Assembly (NCBI GenBank): GCA_965207885.1 | Contig: OZ242311.1 | Coordinates: 3,872,001 to 3,936,000, forward strand | Direction of reading: 5' to 3' | DNA length: 64,000 nucleotides | DNA from: Candidatus Latescibacterota bacterium | Lineage (GTDB): Bacteria; Latescibacterota; UBA2968 | In this document: piece after piece, positions 49,692 to 59,256 of the stretch | How the letters are laid out: each line of letters begins with the position of its first letter | Position numbering within the stretch: the stretch's first letter is position 1 | Made by a program: the position numbers and the translations under genes | Notes under the pieces: model-generated | What the model was told of the DNA's origin: nothing | Databases searched by the model: none | The model's input: only the letters and a program-made list of their open reading frames with translations

Positions 49692-50384
49692 CTACCAGTA
49701 CAATTTGAACGCCGTCCTGAAATCGAACATCGCAATGGGAAATACTCCGGGCAGATCCCACGCCTCCATCGGACGCAAATCACCCAAAATCATGTGATAA
49801 CGCCCGCGGATATCCAGCCCGAATCGCCCCTGCACCACCGTCATGCCCAACCCCACATTCGCACCCAGAGCCGTATGTTCATCCTCTCGATCATCCAGCA
49901 TCAGATCCGCATTCAAAGGCTCTTCTTTTTGCCCCGGATAAATCAGACCAGTAATCCGATCCTGATAATCGTAGAACCCCGCTCCCACAGCGATATATGG
50001 CAAAAGTTGCAAATCACTGCCGGACTTTCGGGTATTGAGATACGCCAGAGCATTGATCAAAAAGCTGTTGAGATTAAACCGAGAATTTGCATCGGGACTC
50101 AAATATTGTTGCTTGTCAATAGGCCAGGTAAACGCCAGACCTTCGATCTTTCCGTCATCCATTGTCAGATGATGGTATTCAAACTCCATCGTAGCACGCG
50201 AACTGACCTGATAATCCAGCACCGCACCATATACCTGAGAAGCCGAATACCGATCGTGAAATCCCAGCACGGGCACGCTGCGGTTAAAAAACACGCCAGC
50301 ACCGTATCGAGCCTCCTGGGCAGAAACCGGCACCGCGATCAACAATGCCAGCAGCCACATATTCAACATCAAATATCTATTCAT
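49692..50384 (-). CDS. Outer-membrane beta-barrel domain protein
   Basis: Signal peptide, amphipathic strands (PYIAVGAG, G.NVG.G), terminal W. Start ATG 50384 (AGGAG RBS). Confidence 0.65.
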   Translation of the reverse strand: MNRYLMLNMWLLALLIAVPVSAQEARYGAGVFFNRSVPVLGFHDRYSASQVYGAVLDYQVSSRATMEFEYHHLTMDDGKIEGLAFTWPIDKQQYLSPDANSRFNLNSFLINALAYLNTRKSGSDLQLLPYIAVGAGFYDYQDRITGLIYPGQKEEPLNADLMLDDREDEHTALGANVGLGMTVVQGRFGLDIRGRYHMILGDLRPMEAWDLPGVFPIAMFDFRTAFKLYW

Positions 50385-50539
50385 AGATATGTCTCCTTTT
50401 AACAGTACACAGTTGTATAACATGCCACATCTCTTGTCATATTGCCTCCTTTCCAGGGAGCACAAGTATTTATCTCTATTGAAGCGATGTACAACTTCGT
50501 AGAAGTTTAACCGTCGGTATTTTCCTCCTCTCTCAAGTA

Positions 50540-50666
50540 TTGACAAAAACACATAAAATTGTTATGGTTTTTGTTTTTTGTCGTACGATGGATTTCTAAA
50601 TCCTTTATACGGTCACCTGGTCGTTAGCCCGACCTCGCCAAAGTTCGAAGGCTAACGGCCTTTTTT
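50540..50666 (+). ncRNA. Candidate approximately 90-nt small RNA (promoter plus terminator, no ORF)
   Basis: TTGACA(50540)-17-TATGGT(50563); 11-bp stem GGTCGTTAGCC/GGCTAACGGCC plus T6 at 50619-50666; both flanking genes are on the minus strand. Confidence 0.4.
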
Positions 50667-50704
50667 ATATGACCAAACAGAAATTCCGAATGTTCCAACC
50701 CCGC

Positions 50705-51475
50705 TCAAACCCCTAACTTCTTGATAAACGCCAGATTCTTCGCGTGATCGGCATTTGGGTCATCGCCCGAAGGCGTCTCCAGAACAATGTACCCATCGTA
50801 ACCGATCTCGCGCATCGCCGCATCCACCGAATCAAAATCCACGCGCCCGTCTCCCAATGCCTGCCGGTCCGTATCCTTCGCGTGAATCATCCCGACACCC
50901 TCAGGCCCCAGCTTCAAAATTTCCTCAGCCGGATCCTGTCCGCGCGTCATCGTATTGCCCGTATCGTGATAGACCTTCACCGCAGGAGACCCCACGCGAT
51001 CCAAAATCATCACCAGTTGATCCGCGCTAAAGGTCGTCTCCAGATCCAAAATCACGTCGTGTTCTTCCGCAACATCGCCCAGTGCTTTGAACCCATCCAC
51101 CAGTTGATCCCACGTCGAATCCGGCCACTCATCCATATCTCGCGGAAACATCGGCACCAAAATATGCCGCGTATCAACGGCAGCGCACGACCCAATCACA
51201 TGCGTCAAAATCTCAACACCCTCGGCGCGCTTTTCCGCTTCTGGCAATGCGGGATGAAATTGTGAAAACACCCCTGGCGACAGTGAAGAAATCTCAACAC
51301 CCGCCGCATCTGCCAATCCCTTCAGCTTCTCTGCCCCACCATCCTCCCACAAAATATTCTCCCCATAGTCTCGCCCAACGCAAAACTCCACCCCATCAAA
51401 TCCAATATCCTTCGCCACTGAAAATACCGCTTCCAGCGGTGCTTTTAACATATTATCTCGAATACCGTATTTCAC
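50705..51475 (-). CDS. Sugar phosphate isomerase/epimerase (xylose-isomerase-like TIM barrel)
   Basis: GFDGVE, LE, Y.DTGN, IH.KD, G.G.VDF, GY.G..VLE. Confidence 0.88.
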   Translation of the reverse strand: MKYGIRDNMLKAPLEAVFSVAKDIGFDGVEFCVGRDYGENILWEDGGAEKLKGLADAAGVEISSLSPGVFSQFHPALPEAEKRAEGVEILTHVIGSCAAVDTRHILVPMFPRDMDEWPDSTWDQLVDGFKALGDVAEEHDVILDLETTFSADQLVMILDRVGSPAVKVYHDTGNTMTRGQDPAEEILKLGPEGVGMIHAKDTDRQALGDGRVDFDSVDAAMREIGYDGYIVLETPSGDDPNADHAKNLAFIKKLGV

Positions 51476-51730
51476 AATAAATCTCCTTTCAGATATTTAA
51501 TTAAAACTTAAAGAACCAATTTATAGAATTTTCTATATTTAATAAATAAAATTTATTACAGGCCTTCATTAAAAAAGACAATAGGGTTCCAAAAGATTCC
51601 ACTCGCATTTTACCTTTTACAACTTTCACCTTGTCCGCCTGCCGTAAATAGCTTATAAATGATAACGCGATGTGCTGCTTTGTGTTTTTTTGTAATACAA
51701 ACATATGTTTCTAATAGAGATGAAACCTTT

Positions 51731-52828
51731 ATGTCTTTGACAGAATCTGCGGACTTACGAACCAGAAGTGCTAATCGACCCGTTATGAATAGACCTGATG
51801 AGCTACCGCCATTTCCCGAGGGGTGGTATTTCGTCGCAAGCCGCGAGTCCATTCTGCGAGAGAAACTGATCGAGAAAACGTGGCTGGGCGAGGAAATCGT
51901 CGCCTGGTGCGACGAGTCAGGCCGTGTCTGCGTGGCCGACGCGGTATGTCCGCACCTGGGCTCGCACCTGGGGCCGGAGGTCGGTGGGAAGATATGCAAT
52001 GGTCGCCTCGTCTGTCCTTTTCACGGATTTGAGTACGATACGACCGGTCAATGCGTTGCGACTCCGAATGCCCCGGCACCCAGAGTTGCGAGACTGAAAG
52101 TATATGAGACGCGAGAGAGCCTCGGCATGGTCTTCGCCTGGTTCGGGAGCGGCGGCCGGCCGCCGCAGTGGGACCTTCCAAACGAGCCAACCACTGGACA
52201 AGAGTGGTGTGAACTGGGATTCAACATACTCCGGTTCCGTGGACATCCCCAGGAAACAACCGAGAATTCCGTGGATCTGGGACATCTGCGCTACGTGCAT
52301 GGTTACGACAATGTGAATCCAGTCGGTTCGGTAACGGTAGATGGTGCCTATTTGAAGAGTTGCTTTGACTTCAAACGCGTTCGCAAAATCCTGGGTGTAA
52401 AGGACCTCGTGTACGAACCCTCGGCCATCACCCACGTCTATGGACTGGGCTACTCCTTCGTCGAAATCCACGAGAAAACTATCGATATGAATGCGAGATT
52501 GTGGGTGCTCGCAACGCCCATTGATGGCACCCTCATCGATCTTGCATTGGTCAGCCAGGCGCGAGAAATCCGCAAGCCCAGGCGATTCATCTCAGGCCTG
52601 GGGTTTCTGCCGATGAAGCTGCGCCACAGGCTGATGAATCGCATTTTGTTGTCACAACAAAAACGGGATGTCCTGCAGGATGTGGTGATCTGGGAACGGA
52701 AACGGTATCGGCCTACCCCCAGGTTGTGCCGCGCCGACGGCCCCATAGGGAAGTACCGCCGGTATTGCCGGCAGTTCTATCCGGATCCGACAATTGCGAC
52801 GGGAAGTGGAGACTCGATCTCCGATTAG
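51731..52828 (+). CDS. Rieske non-heme iron oxygenase, Neverland/DAF-36 (sterol 7-desaturase) or KshA type
   Basis: PFPEGWY, CPHLG.HLG...CPFHG Rieske ligands, EN.VD..H...VH mononuclear site, D..IW..K.Y...P.L...DGPI..YRR...QFY tail. Confidence 0.8.
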   Translation: MSLTESADLRTRSANRPVMNRPDELPPFPEGWYFVASRESILREKLIEKTWLGEEIVAWCDESGRVCVADAVCPHLGSHLGPEVGGKICNGRLVCPFHGFEYDTTGQCVATPNAPAPRVARLKVYETRESLGMVFAWFGSGGRPPQWDLPNEPTTGQEWCELGFNILRFRGHPQETTENSVDLGHLRYVHGYDNVNPVGSVTVDGAYLKSCFDFKRVRKILGVKDLVYEPSAITHVYGLGYSFVEIHEKTIDMNARLWVLATPIDGTLIDLALVSQAREIRKPRRFISGLGFLPMKLRHRLMNRILLSQQKRDVLQDVVIWERKRYRPTPRLCRADGPIGKYRRYCRQFYPDPTIATGSGDSISD

Positions 52829-52919
52829 GCGGCAGCCGATGAGGGCGCATCATGTACGGCTGGCGGTTCAGGAAGGCACCCTGACTTGAGGGGCCCGCGC
52901 GAAGGCGCGCCAGGCGGGC

Positions 52920-53954
52920 CTAAAGAGGCTTGCGAGCCAAGAAACAGTACAGCGGCGTAAAGATACCCGCCTTGCCGCCCGCGATATAAGCCTCCGCGGT
53001 CCGATCCAGAAGTCGGATGACTTCCGCGGAGCCCTTCGGAAAGAGCCGCAGTACTTCAGCCAGCTTCGATCCTGTGATGACCGCTTTACGGCCCCACGGA
53101 AGCCTGCGCAAGGCGTTTCCGACCGTCCCATGGCGACTCTCCATGGGTTGATACCAAGGTGTGGAGGGTCCTTCCTGGATCGCCCGGTCCATCCCTTCCA
53201 TGACTTGGAATCCCGCGGCTCCGAGCGCGTGATCCACTTCCCCGAAGGTGGCGATGTCCTTCAGCGCAATGCCGCGCATGAGATCCTCCTTGATGGCCCG
53301 ATGCCGGTCATCCTTCGGATCGAACTTGCCCGTCAGACACATTTCCTGCCCCCAGAACAGGGCACCGGGTTTCAGCACGCGGAATACCTCCTCGAAGGCG
53401 CGTTGCTTGTCCGGTGCATGGCACGTTGACTCTATGGCATAACCCCGGTCGAAGGTATCGTCCTCAATGGTGCTCATGTCCATGAAGCTGCACGTCTCGA
53501 AATCGACCATGTGATCAAGCCCCGCCTCGGCGTTCAACCTCTTCGCCTCTTCCAACTGGATCTCATTGATGTTGATTCCTACAACCCTGACACCAGCCTC
53601 ACGGACGACGCGGCGCATGGGGGCGCCGACTCCACAACCAACGTCGACCACCGTCATACCCTGTTGCAATTCCAACTTGGAAATCATCAGCCGCTGATGC
53701 CGGACCTTGGACTCCTCCAGACTCTCATGAGGCGTGAGGGGCGCGAAGTGCAGGGACTGGCCCCAGCCCCACACCATGAACCCGCTACAAAGGTCGTAAT
53801 AGTCTTTCACCGTTTCCGTGTGATCGTACCCGCCCGCGCCACCGGGCTCCAGTACCGCCCGGTCGAGCCAGCCGTCGAAGTGCTGCACTCGACGTGCGAC
53901 GCCCGATCCCCGGTACGCATCTCTCAGTTCTCTTGACAGTTTGCACAGCCGCAT
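52920..53954 (-). CDS. smt: Sterol C24-methyltransferase (ERG6/SMT family)
   Basis: All SMT regions in order: YYDL...F..WGWGQSLHFA (I), DVGCGVG.P (II), YAIESTCHAP (III), RVLKPG (IV), PWY.P, GG..GIFTP.Y.FLARKP. Confidence 0.88.
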   Translation of the reverse strand: MRLCKLSRELRDAYRGSGVARRVQHFDGWLDRAVLEPGGAGGYDHTETVKDYYDLCSGFMVWGWGQSLHFAPLTPHESLEESKVRHQRLMISKLELQQGMTVVDVGCGVGAPMRRVVREAGVRVVGININEIQLEEAKRLNAEAGLDHMVDFETCSFMDMSTIEDDTFDRGYAIESTCHAPDKQRAFEEVFRVLKPGALFWGQEMCLTGKFDPKDDRHRAIKEDLMRGIALKDIATFGEVDHALGAAGFQVMEGMDRAIQEGPSTPWYQPMESRHGTVGNALRRLPWGRKAVITGSKLAEVLRLFPKGSAEVIRLLDRTAEAYIAGGKAGIFTPLYCFLARKPL

Positions 53955-53996
53955 TTCGTGGTGTTTTCCCCCCTGGCTCTACAAGGAGCCAAGTCG

Positions 53997-56030
53997 TCAG
54001 GTGAACAGCTCCCGTCTCTGCTGGGAGATGTGGAACTTCAGCTTCTTGCTCGGTTTCAGCGACGGGAACGGACTGAAACGGAGCTTGTGCTTGTACTTCG
54101 CCGGCGACACCTCAATAGTGAAGTAGTGCGCCAGCATCAGCAAGTTGGCCGCCAGGTGCAGCTCCATCCACCGGGTGCCGAGACACTTGTGCGTGCCCAG
54201 CCCGTACGGGGCGTACCCGGGGCTTCGGTGTTCATGGCGCAACGGCAGGTAGCGGTCGATGTCGAACTTGTAGGGGTCGGGAAAGACCTCGCTCATGTAA
54301 TGCGTGGCGGTCATGGCGATGTGGATCCGTTCCCCCATGGGCAGCTCGTAGTCCTCGACCACGCACGTATTCATCACGTTCCGAATGGACATGGAGACGA
54401 TCGGGTACATGCGCATGCACTCCATGAGGAAGCGGTGGGTAACGTCAATGTTGGCGGGGGTGAAATCCTCTCTCTCGGGGTCTCCCTTGGCGAACAGGGC
54501 ATCTGCTTCGGCCTGAATTCTGGCGTAGAGGTCGGGCTGCGACGCCATGGCATAGACTACGAGGCTGAACGTATCGCCGAGGTACACGCTGGCAATCAAG
54601 GCCGCGGAAAAGGAGAACAGAAGGTTGGACTCCGGGAGAAACTGCGGGTCGCTCGCGTGCAGGCTGAGATAATCGTCCACCAGGTCCCGCGGGCTGTCCA
54701 CTCGTTGGGCGGGGGTATGGATGTCCTGGACCCGCTGCATCAGTGTGTCCAGGGCTTTCGCCCGGCGTCTCATGCCCGGGGTGTTCAGCGTGAATCTGGG
54801 CAAGAGCTTGGCGACGTGCACGCTGAGGGCCCGTTCCTTGTACGCCATCAGGTCGTCCATGAGGTCCTGGGTATCGACGCCGATGAACAGTGGGGAGAGC
54901 TGGGCGTTCACCATCTCCCGGCACATGGATGTGGCGCGGTATGAGTCCCCAACCGTCAAGCTCGCCATGTACTTGCGCCCCTGATTGTAGAGCTGGTCTA
55001 GCTGCCCTCCCAGCCTCACGGCAGAATAGGCGGGCGACAGGGACTGGCGAAGCCGGAAGTGATCGGCTCCGTCCAGGGCGGGCAGGACGCCGGACGCGCC
55101 GTAGACCTTCTCGAAGTCGCTGAAGTAGTCCCTGGCTCTCAGGTACATGCGCCCGCGCTTGTGCACCCAGCGGTTTGTCTCGAGTCCGGCCAGGAAGATC
55201 ATGGGCTTCGAGAAGGGAGGGCGAATCTGGAACACCGGACCGTACTCCTCCGCAAGGTTCCCGAAGAGCGCGTTCAGGTTGCCGTCTCGACTATGCGGGT
55301 TCAGCAGCAGCTTGGGCAGCGAAACCGTCGGAATTTTCCTGGCAAGGGCAGGACGTCGAAGGGCTGGGCCGGCGAGGTTCTGAGAGACCGCAGAGGCCAG
55401 GGAGCGGCCGATCAGATCCATCTTGCAGATGAACTCGATGCGCTCCTCCGCCTCGTCGTCGAGCTGGAATATGAAACGAAAGACGTCGCAGGTATTGACG
55501 AGGCAGATAATGATGACATCTCTCGGATCGGGAATCTCGTCGGTGAAGATGACCCTGCTGATCCGCGTTTTTATGAACTGGCCTGCAGTGCCCTCTTCCG
55601 ACTTGCTGGACAGTTCCCCACGCCAGACGGTAGGAGCCAGTGTCCAGAATTCACCGTCGTGATATTCCAGGATCTTCAGGTCAACCAGGCGGTCCAGAAC
55701 CGAATCAATGATCGACTCCGCACGGGGAGCGAGCCGTTCGATCCAGTACTGGGCGTTCCGTTGAACAGATTCGGCTGCGATTTCTTTCAGAATGGGGTCC
55801 AGGGTAGGTCTCCCCGTTTCCGACTCGTCCACGAGGAACAGGGATTCCAGGTCCGTGTCGATGCGCGATCTGAGTGAAAGCTCCGCGAGCACGGCACCGA
55901 CCACGGCGCAGTTCAAATGCCAGCCGGGTACCTGGTGAAAGTAGCCAGTCTCCTCGTTGAGGAGCATCAGGATGAGCTCTTCGGTGAGACTTAGCGATTG
56001 GGGCGTCAAACCCTCGGTAGTATTAGCCAT
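53997..56030 (-). CDS. GPP34/GOLPH3-like domain fused to cytochrome P450
   Basis: N-terminal LSL.EEL.L..L...G...GAVL.EL.L..RI...TG...LD..L..I; C-terminal ECMR (ExxR), F.DP..FD..RY, PYG.G.HKCLG heme Cys. Start ATG 56030 (GGAGG RBS). Confidence 0.85.
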   Translation of the reverse strand: MANTTEGLTPQSLSLTEELILMLLNEETGYFHQVPGWHLNCAVVGAVLAELSLRSRIDTDLESLFLVDESETGRPTLDPILKEIAAESVQRNAQYWIERLAPRAESIIDSVLDRLVDLKILEYHDGEFWTLAPTVWRGELSSKSEEGTAGQFIKTRISRVIFTDEIPDPRDVIIICLVNTCDVFRFIFQLDDEAEERIEFICKMDLIGRSLASAVSQNLAGPALRRPALARKIPTVSLPKLLLNPHSRDGNLNALFGNLAEEYGPVFQIRPPFSKPMIFLAGLETNRWVHKRGRMYLRARDYFSDFEKVYGASGVLPALDGADHFRLRQSLSPAYSAVRLGGQLDQLYNQGRKYMASLTVGDSYRATSMCREMVNAQLSPLFIGVDTQDLMDDLMAYKERALSVHVAKLLPRFTLNTPGMRRRAKALDTLMQRVQDIHTPAQRVDSPRDLVDDYLSLHASDPQFLPESNLLFSFSAALIASVYLGDTFSLVVYAMASQPDLYARIQAEADALFAKGDPEREDFTPANIDVTHRFLMECMRMYPIVSMSIRNVMNTCVVEDYELPMGERIHIAMTATHYMSEVFPDPYKFDIDRYLPLRHEHRSPGYAPYGLGTHKCLGTRWMELHLAANLLMLAHYFTIEVSPAKYKHKLRFSPFPSLKPSKKLKFHISQQRRELFT

Positions 56031-56061
56031 CGGTTTCTGCCTCCCTGCATCATAAAGTGCA

Positions 56062-59000
56062 TTACCCGGTACCGGCGCCGGAACGGCCCCGCGAAGCAAT
56101 CAGACGCAGATGGATGGTGTAAAGTGCGGGAACGACCATCATGAGTATAGCCGTAGTAAAGAGAATGCCGCAACCGAGCGAGGCGGCAAAGGGGATCAGG
56201 AACTGGGCTTGGATGGCACGTTCCAGAATAAGGGGAGTGAAGCCGAGGAACGTAGTCACGGAAGTGAGCATGATCGGACGAAAGCGCCCCTTGGCGCCCT
56301 CCACGATCGCCGTCCTTGCCAAGGCGCCTTCCCCGATTCTCTGATCGATGAAATCGATCATGACCAGGGAATCGTTCACGACCACCCCACTCAGGCCGAA
56401 GATACCCATGAAAGATACGGCACTCAGGGCTACTCCCAGGACCCAGTGACCCAGGATCACTCCGATGAACCCGAAGGGGATGACGGCCATGATGATGAAC
56501 GGCTTTGTATAGGATCGGAGGGGGATGGCGAGCAGCGCGAAGATCAGGAGCAGGGCAATCGCAAATCCGCGATACAGCGCATCCAGGGATTCGAGCTGCT
56601 GTTGTTGTTCCCCTCCGAAGCTGTATGTCAGGTCTGGGTGCAGGGCGGTCAGATCCGCGAGGATCGAATTGGTCAGGATGTCGTTGGCTTCGTCGCCTGA
56701 AATCACCGAAGCATCCACGTCCGCAGTGACCGTGACGACGCGCTGGCCGTCCTTCCGTCGAATGGCCGGCGGCGACACCCCTGGGTTCAGGGAGGCCACA
56801 CTCATGACCGGGACCTCGGCCCCGCCCGGCGTACGGAGCAGGTATCCTTCGACATCGGTGATGGATTTTCGTTCATCGGAGGGCAGGCGCACATAGACCC
56901 GGACCTCTTCCCGGTCGCGCTGCACCCGAACGGCCTCTGCGCCGAAGAACGCCGCCCGTGCCTGCCCGGCCAGGTCGTGGAGTGTGAGACCGAGGGTTCG
57001 CGCTTCCGGCCGCAGCTCCAGTTGAACTTCCGGGATGCCCGGGGAGTGGTCCGAACGTATGTCATAGACGCCTCCCACCCCACGGAGTCCATCGACCACG
57101 GAGTCTGCAATCCGGGCAAGGCGCTCCGGGTCCGGATGCGACAACACGGCCTCCACCGGGTTGCCCAAGTCGAAGACCTCGCCGCTGAAGGTGATGCCGC
57201 GTACGTAGGGCAGCACCCCCACCTCCTCCCGCCATGCCTGCACGACCTCTCCGGTGGAGATTTCTCTCTGTTGGGCACCCAGGAGTTTGAACTCAATGGT
57301 GGCGATGTTGGCTTGCGGATTGAGGGTCGGCTCCGGATTGAGCCCGCCCGCGAGTCTCGAGCCCTGTCCGACGGTCACCGTTACGCCGGTCAGCAGCGGT
57401 GGTGCATCCCCGGGCCGCCCGCGCGAGAGTCGTTCGATGACCCGGTGGCCTGCGGCCTCCAGTTCCTGCGCCACTTCGTACGTCCTCGGAGCGGTCGCCC
57501 CATCGGGCATCTCCAGGACGACCGTCGCGATATCCCCTTCCACGTCAGCGGCCAGCGTGGTAGGAACGATCCCCGCGGGCAACAGGGAGATGCTCAGCAC
57601 GAGCATTCCCACAGCCCCCGACATCGTCACCGCGGGCTGGTCGGTGGCAAACTGCAGGGCCCGATCCAGCGGGCCCTGGACGAACCTGTTCAGCAGCGCG
57701 TCAACGCGCCCCTGGAGCCGCGCGAAGAACCGGTCGAAGGCATTGGCCGGCACCCACTCCGGACCGTGCAGGTGGGACAGGTGGTTGGGCAGCACGAACA
57801 GCGATTCGACCAGGGAAACCAGCAGCATGGCGATCATGATGATCGGCAGGGCCCGCCACACCTCACCGACGCCGCCGGGAATGAACAGCAACGGGACGAA
57901 GGCCACCACCGACGTCAGAACTGCGAACGTCAACGGCACCTTGATCCGTCGTACGCCGCGGATCGCGGCCGTGACCCCGGGTGTTCCCCGCTTGCGTTCG
58001 TATTGAATGTGCTCGGCCACGACGATGGCATCGTCGACGATGATTCCTATGGCGAGGACAAAGGAGAACAGGCTGATGGTGTTGATCGCCACGTCGAATG
58101 CCATCATGATGGCGAGGGCACCGATTCCCGAAACGGTGAGGCCCACGGCGACCCAAAGCGCGAGCCGGATTTCGAGAAACAGGCTGAGTGCGATCAGCAC
58201 CAGCAACAGGCCCAGGATCCCGTTCTTGAGGAGAAGATCGGCGCGTTCCTCATAGACCTGGGATTCGTCATTCCACATGGTGACGCCCACACCGTCGGGT
58301 AGGGAAGGGATCACTTCGTTTGCCAGGTGCTGTCGGACGGTCGTGGCGACATCCATCACTTGCTCACCAGCGGCGCGGTAGATCTCCACGAATACCCCGG
58401 GATGGTTCTGGTGCCGGATGATCAGGTCTGCTTCCTGAAAACCGTCGCGAACCTCGGCGATATCTCCAAGGCGCAGGACCGTGCCGTCACGTCCGCTGAG
58501 AAGGACGATCTCCTCGAAGTCCTGTTGGTCGTAGTTCTGGCCGAGGGTGCGGACCCGCACCTGGGATTCCCGGGTATTGATACTGCCGGCAGATAAGTCC
58601 AGGGAACTGCGACGAATGGTGTTGGCTATGTCGGTGAGTGTGAGTCCAAGTGCTCTTAGCCGATGAAGCGGTACCTCGATAGAGATCTCGTATTTCCGAA
58701 TACCACTGACTTCGACCTGGGACACGGAGGGAAGTGTTGTGAGTTCATCTTCGATCTGGTACGCCAATTCTTTCAGCGAGCGCTCAGGTACATCGCCATA
58801 TACAATGAGCCGCATCATGCTCATGCGGTTGGTCATCTCCCTGAAACTGGGACGATCGGCACCGGCCGGGAAAGACTGTATGCGATTGACCGCAGACTCG
58901 ATATCGTTCAGCGCCTGGACCATATCCGTACCGAAATCCATTTGAATCCGTACGGATGCCATACCCGGGGCCGATACGGACTTGACCGCCTTCACGTCAT

Positions 59001-59256
59001 CCAACCCGCTGACCTGGTCTTCGATCTTGACGACGATCGACTCCTCGATCTCCTCCGGTGTGGCGCCGGGATAGGCCATCGACACTTCGATATGGTAGAA
59101 AGGGGTGGTCGGCCACGCTTCCCGGTCGAGTCCGGTCAGCGACACCAGCCCGGCGGCGATAATGGCCCACATCAGTAGATTGGCGGCTATACTGTTACCA
59201 GCCATATAAGCTATGGGACCACGCTGTTCCCGTGCGGAACCTTCTTCCCGGTTCAT
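56062..59256 (-). CDS. RND efflux permease (AcrB/AcrD/AcrF family)
   Basis: N.IAANLLM, YPGATPEE.EE, GI.VDDAIVV.E, G.VVND, RFRPI.LT..TT..G..PL. Confidence 0.95.
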   Translation of the reverse strand: MNREEGSAREQRGPIAYMAGNSIAANLLMWAIIAAGLVSLTGLDREAWPTTPFYHIEVSMAYPGATPEEIEESIVVKIEDQVSGLDDVKAVKSVSAPGMASVRIQMDFGTDMVQALNDIESAVNRIQSFPAGADRPSFREMTNRMSMMRLIVYGDVPERSLKELAYQIEDELTTLPSVSQVEVSGIRKYEISIEVPLHRLRALGLTLTDIANTIRRSSLDLSAGSINTRESQVRVRTLGQNYDQQDFEEIVLLSGRDGTVLRLGDIAEVRDGFQEADLIIRHQNHPGVFVEIYRAAGEQVMDVATTVRQHLANEVIPSLPDGVGVTMWNDESQVYEERADLLLKNGILGLLLVLIALSLFLEIRLALWVAVGLTVSGIGALAIMMAFDVAINTISLFSFVLAIGIIVDDAIVVAEHIQYERKRGTPGVTAAIRGVRRIKVPLTFAVLTSVVAFVPLLFIPGGVGEVWRALPIIMIAMLLVSLVESLFVLPNHLSHLHGPEWVPANAFDRFFARLQGRVDALLNRFVQGPLDRALQFATDQPAVTMSGAVGMLVLSISLLPAGIVPTTLAADVEGDIATVVLEMPDGATAPRTYEVAQELEAAGHRVIERLSRGRPGDAPPLLTGVTVTVGQGSRLAGGLNPEPTLNPQANIATIEFKLLGAQQREISTGEVVQAWREEVGVLPYVRGITFSGEVFDLGNPVEAVLSHPDPERLARIADSVVDGLRGVGGVYDIRSDHSPGIPEVQLELRPEARTLGLTLHDLAGQARAAFFGAEAVRVQRDREEVRVYVRLPSDERKSITDVEGYLLRTPGGAEVPVMSVASLNPGVSPPAIRRKDGQRVVTVTADVDASVISGDEANDILTNSILADLTALHPDLTYSFGGEQQQQLESLDALYRGFAIALLLIFALLAIPLRSYTKPFIIMAVIPFGFIGVILGHWVLGVALSAVSFMGIFGLSGVVVNDSLVMIDFIDQRIGEGALARTAIVEGAKGRFRPIMLTSVTTFLGFTPLILERAIQAQFLIPFAASLGCGILFTTAILMMVVPALYTIHLRLIASRGRSGAGTG

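Noticed and set aside
51731-56030. Steroid degradation cluster or de novo sterol synthesis; symbols kshA or cyp51
   Set aside because: No kstD, kshB, hsa, osc or sqmo genes in the window; the P450 lacks the CYP51 AGQHTS I-helix; a methyltransferase points to tailoring
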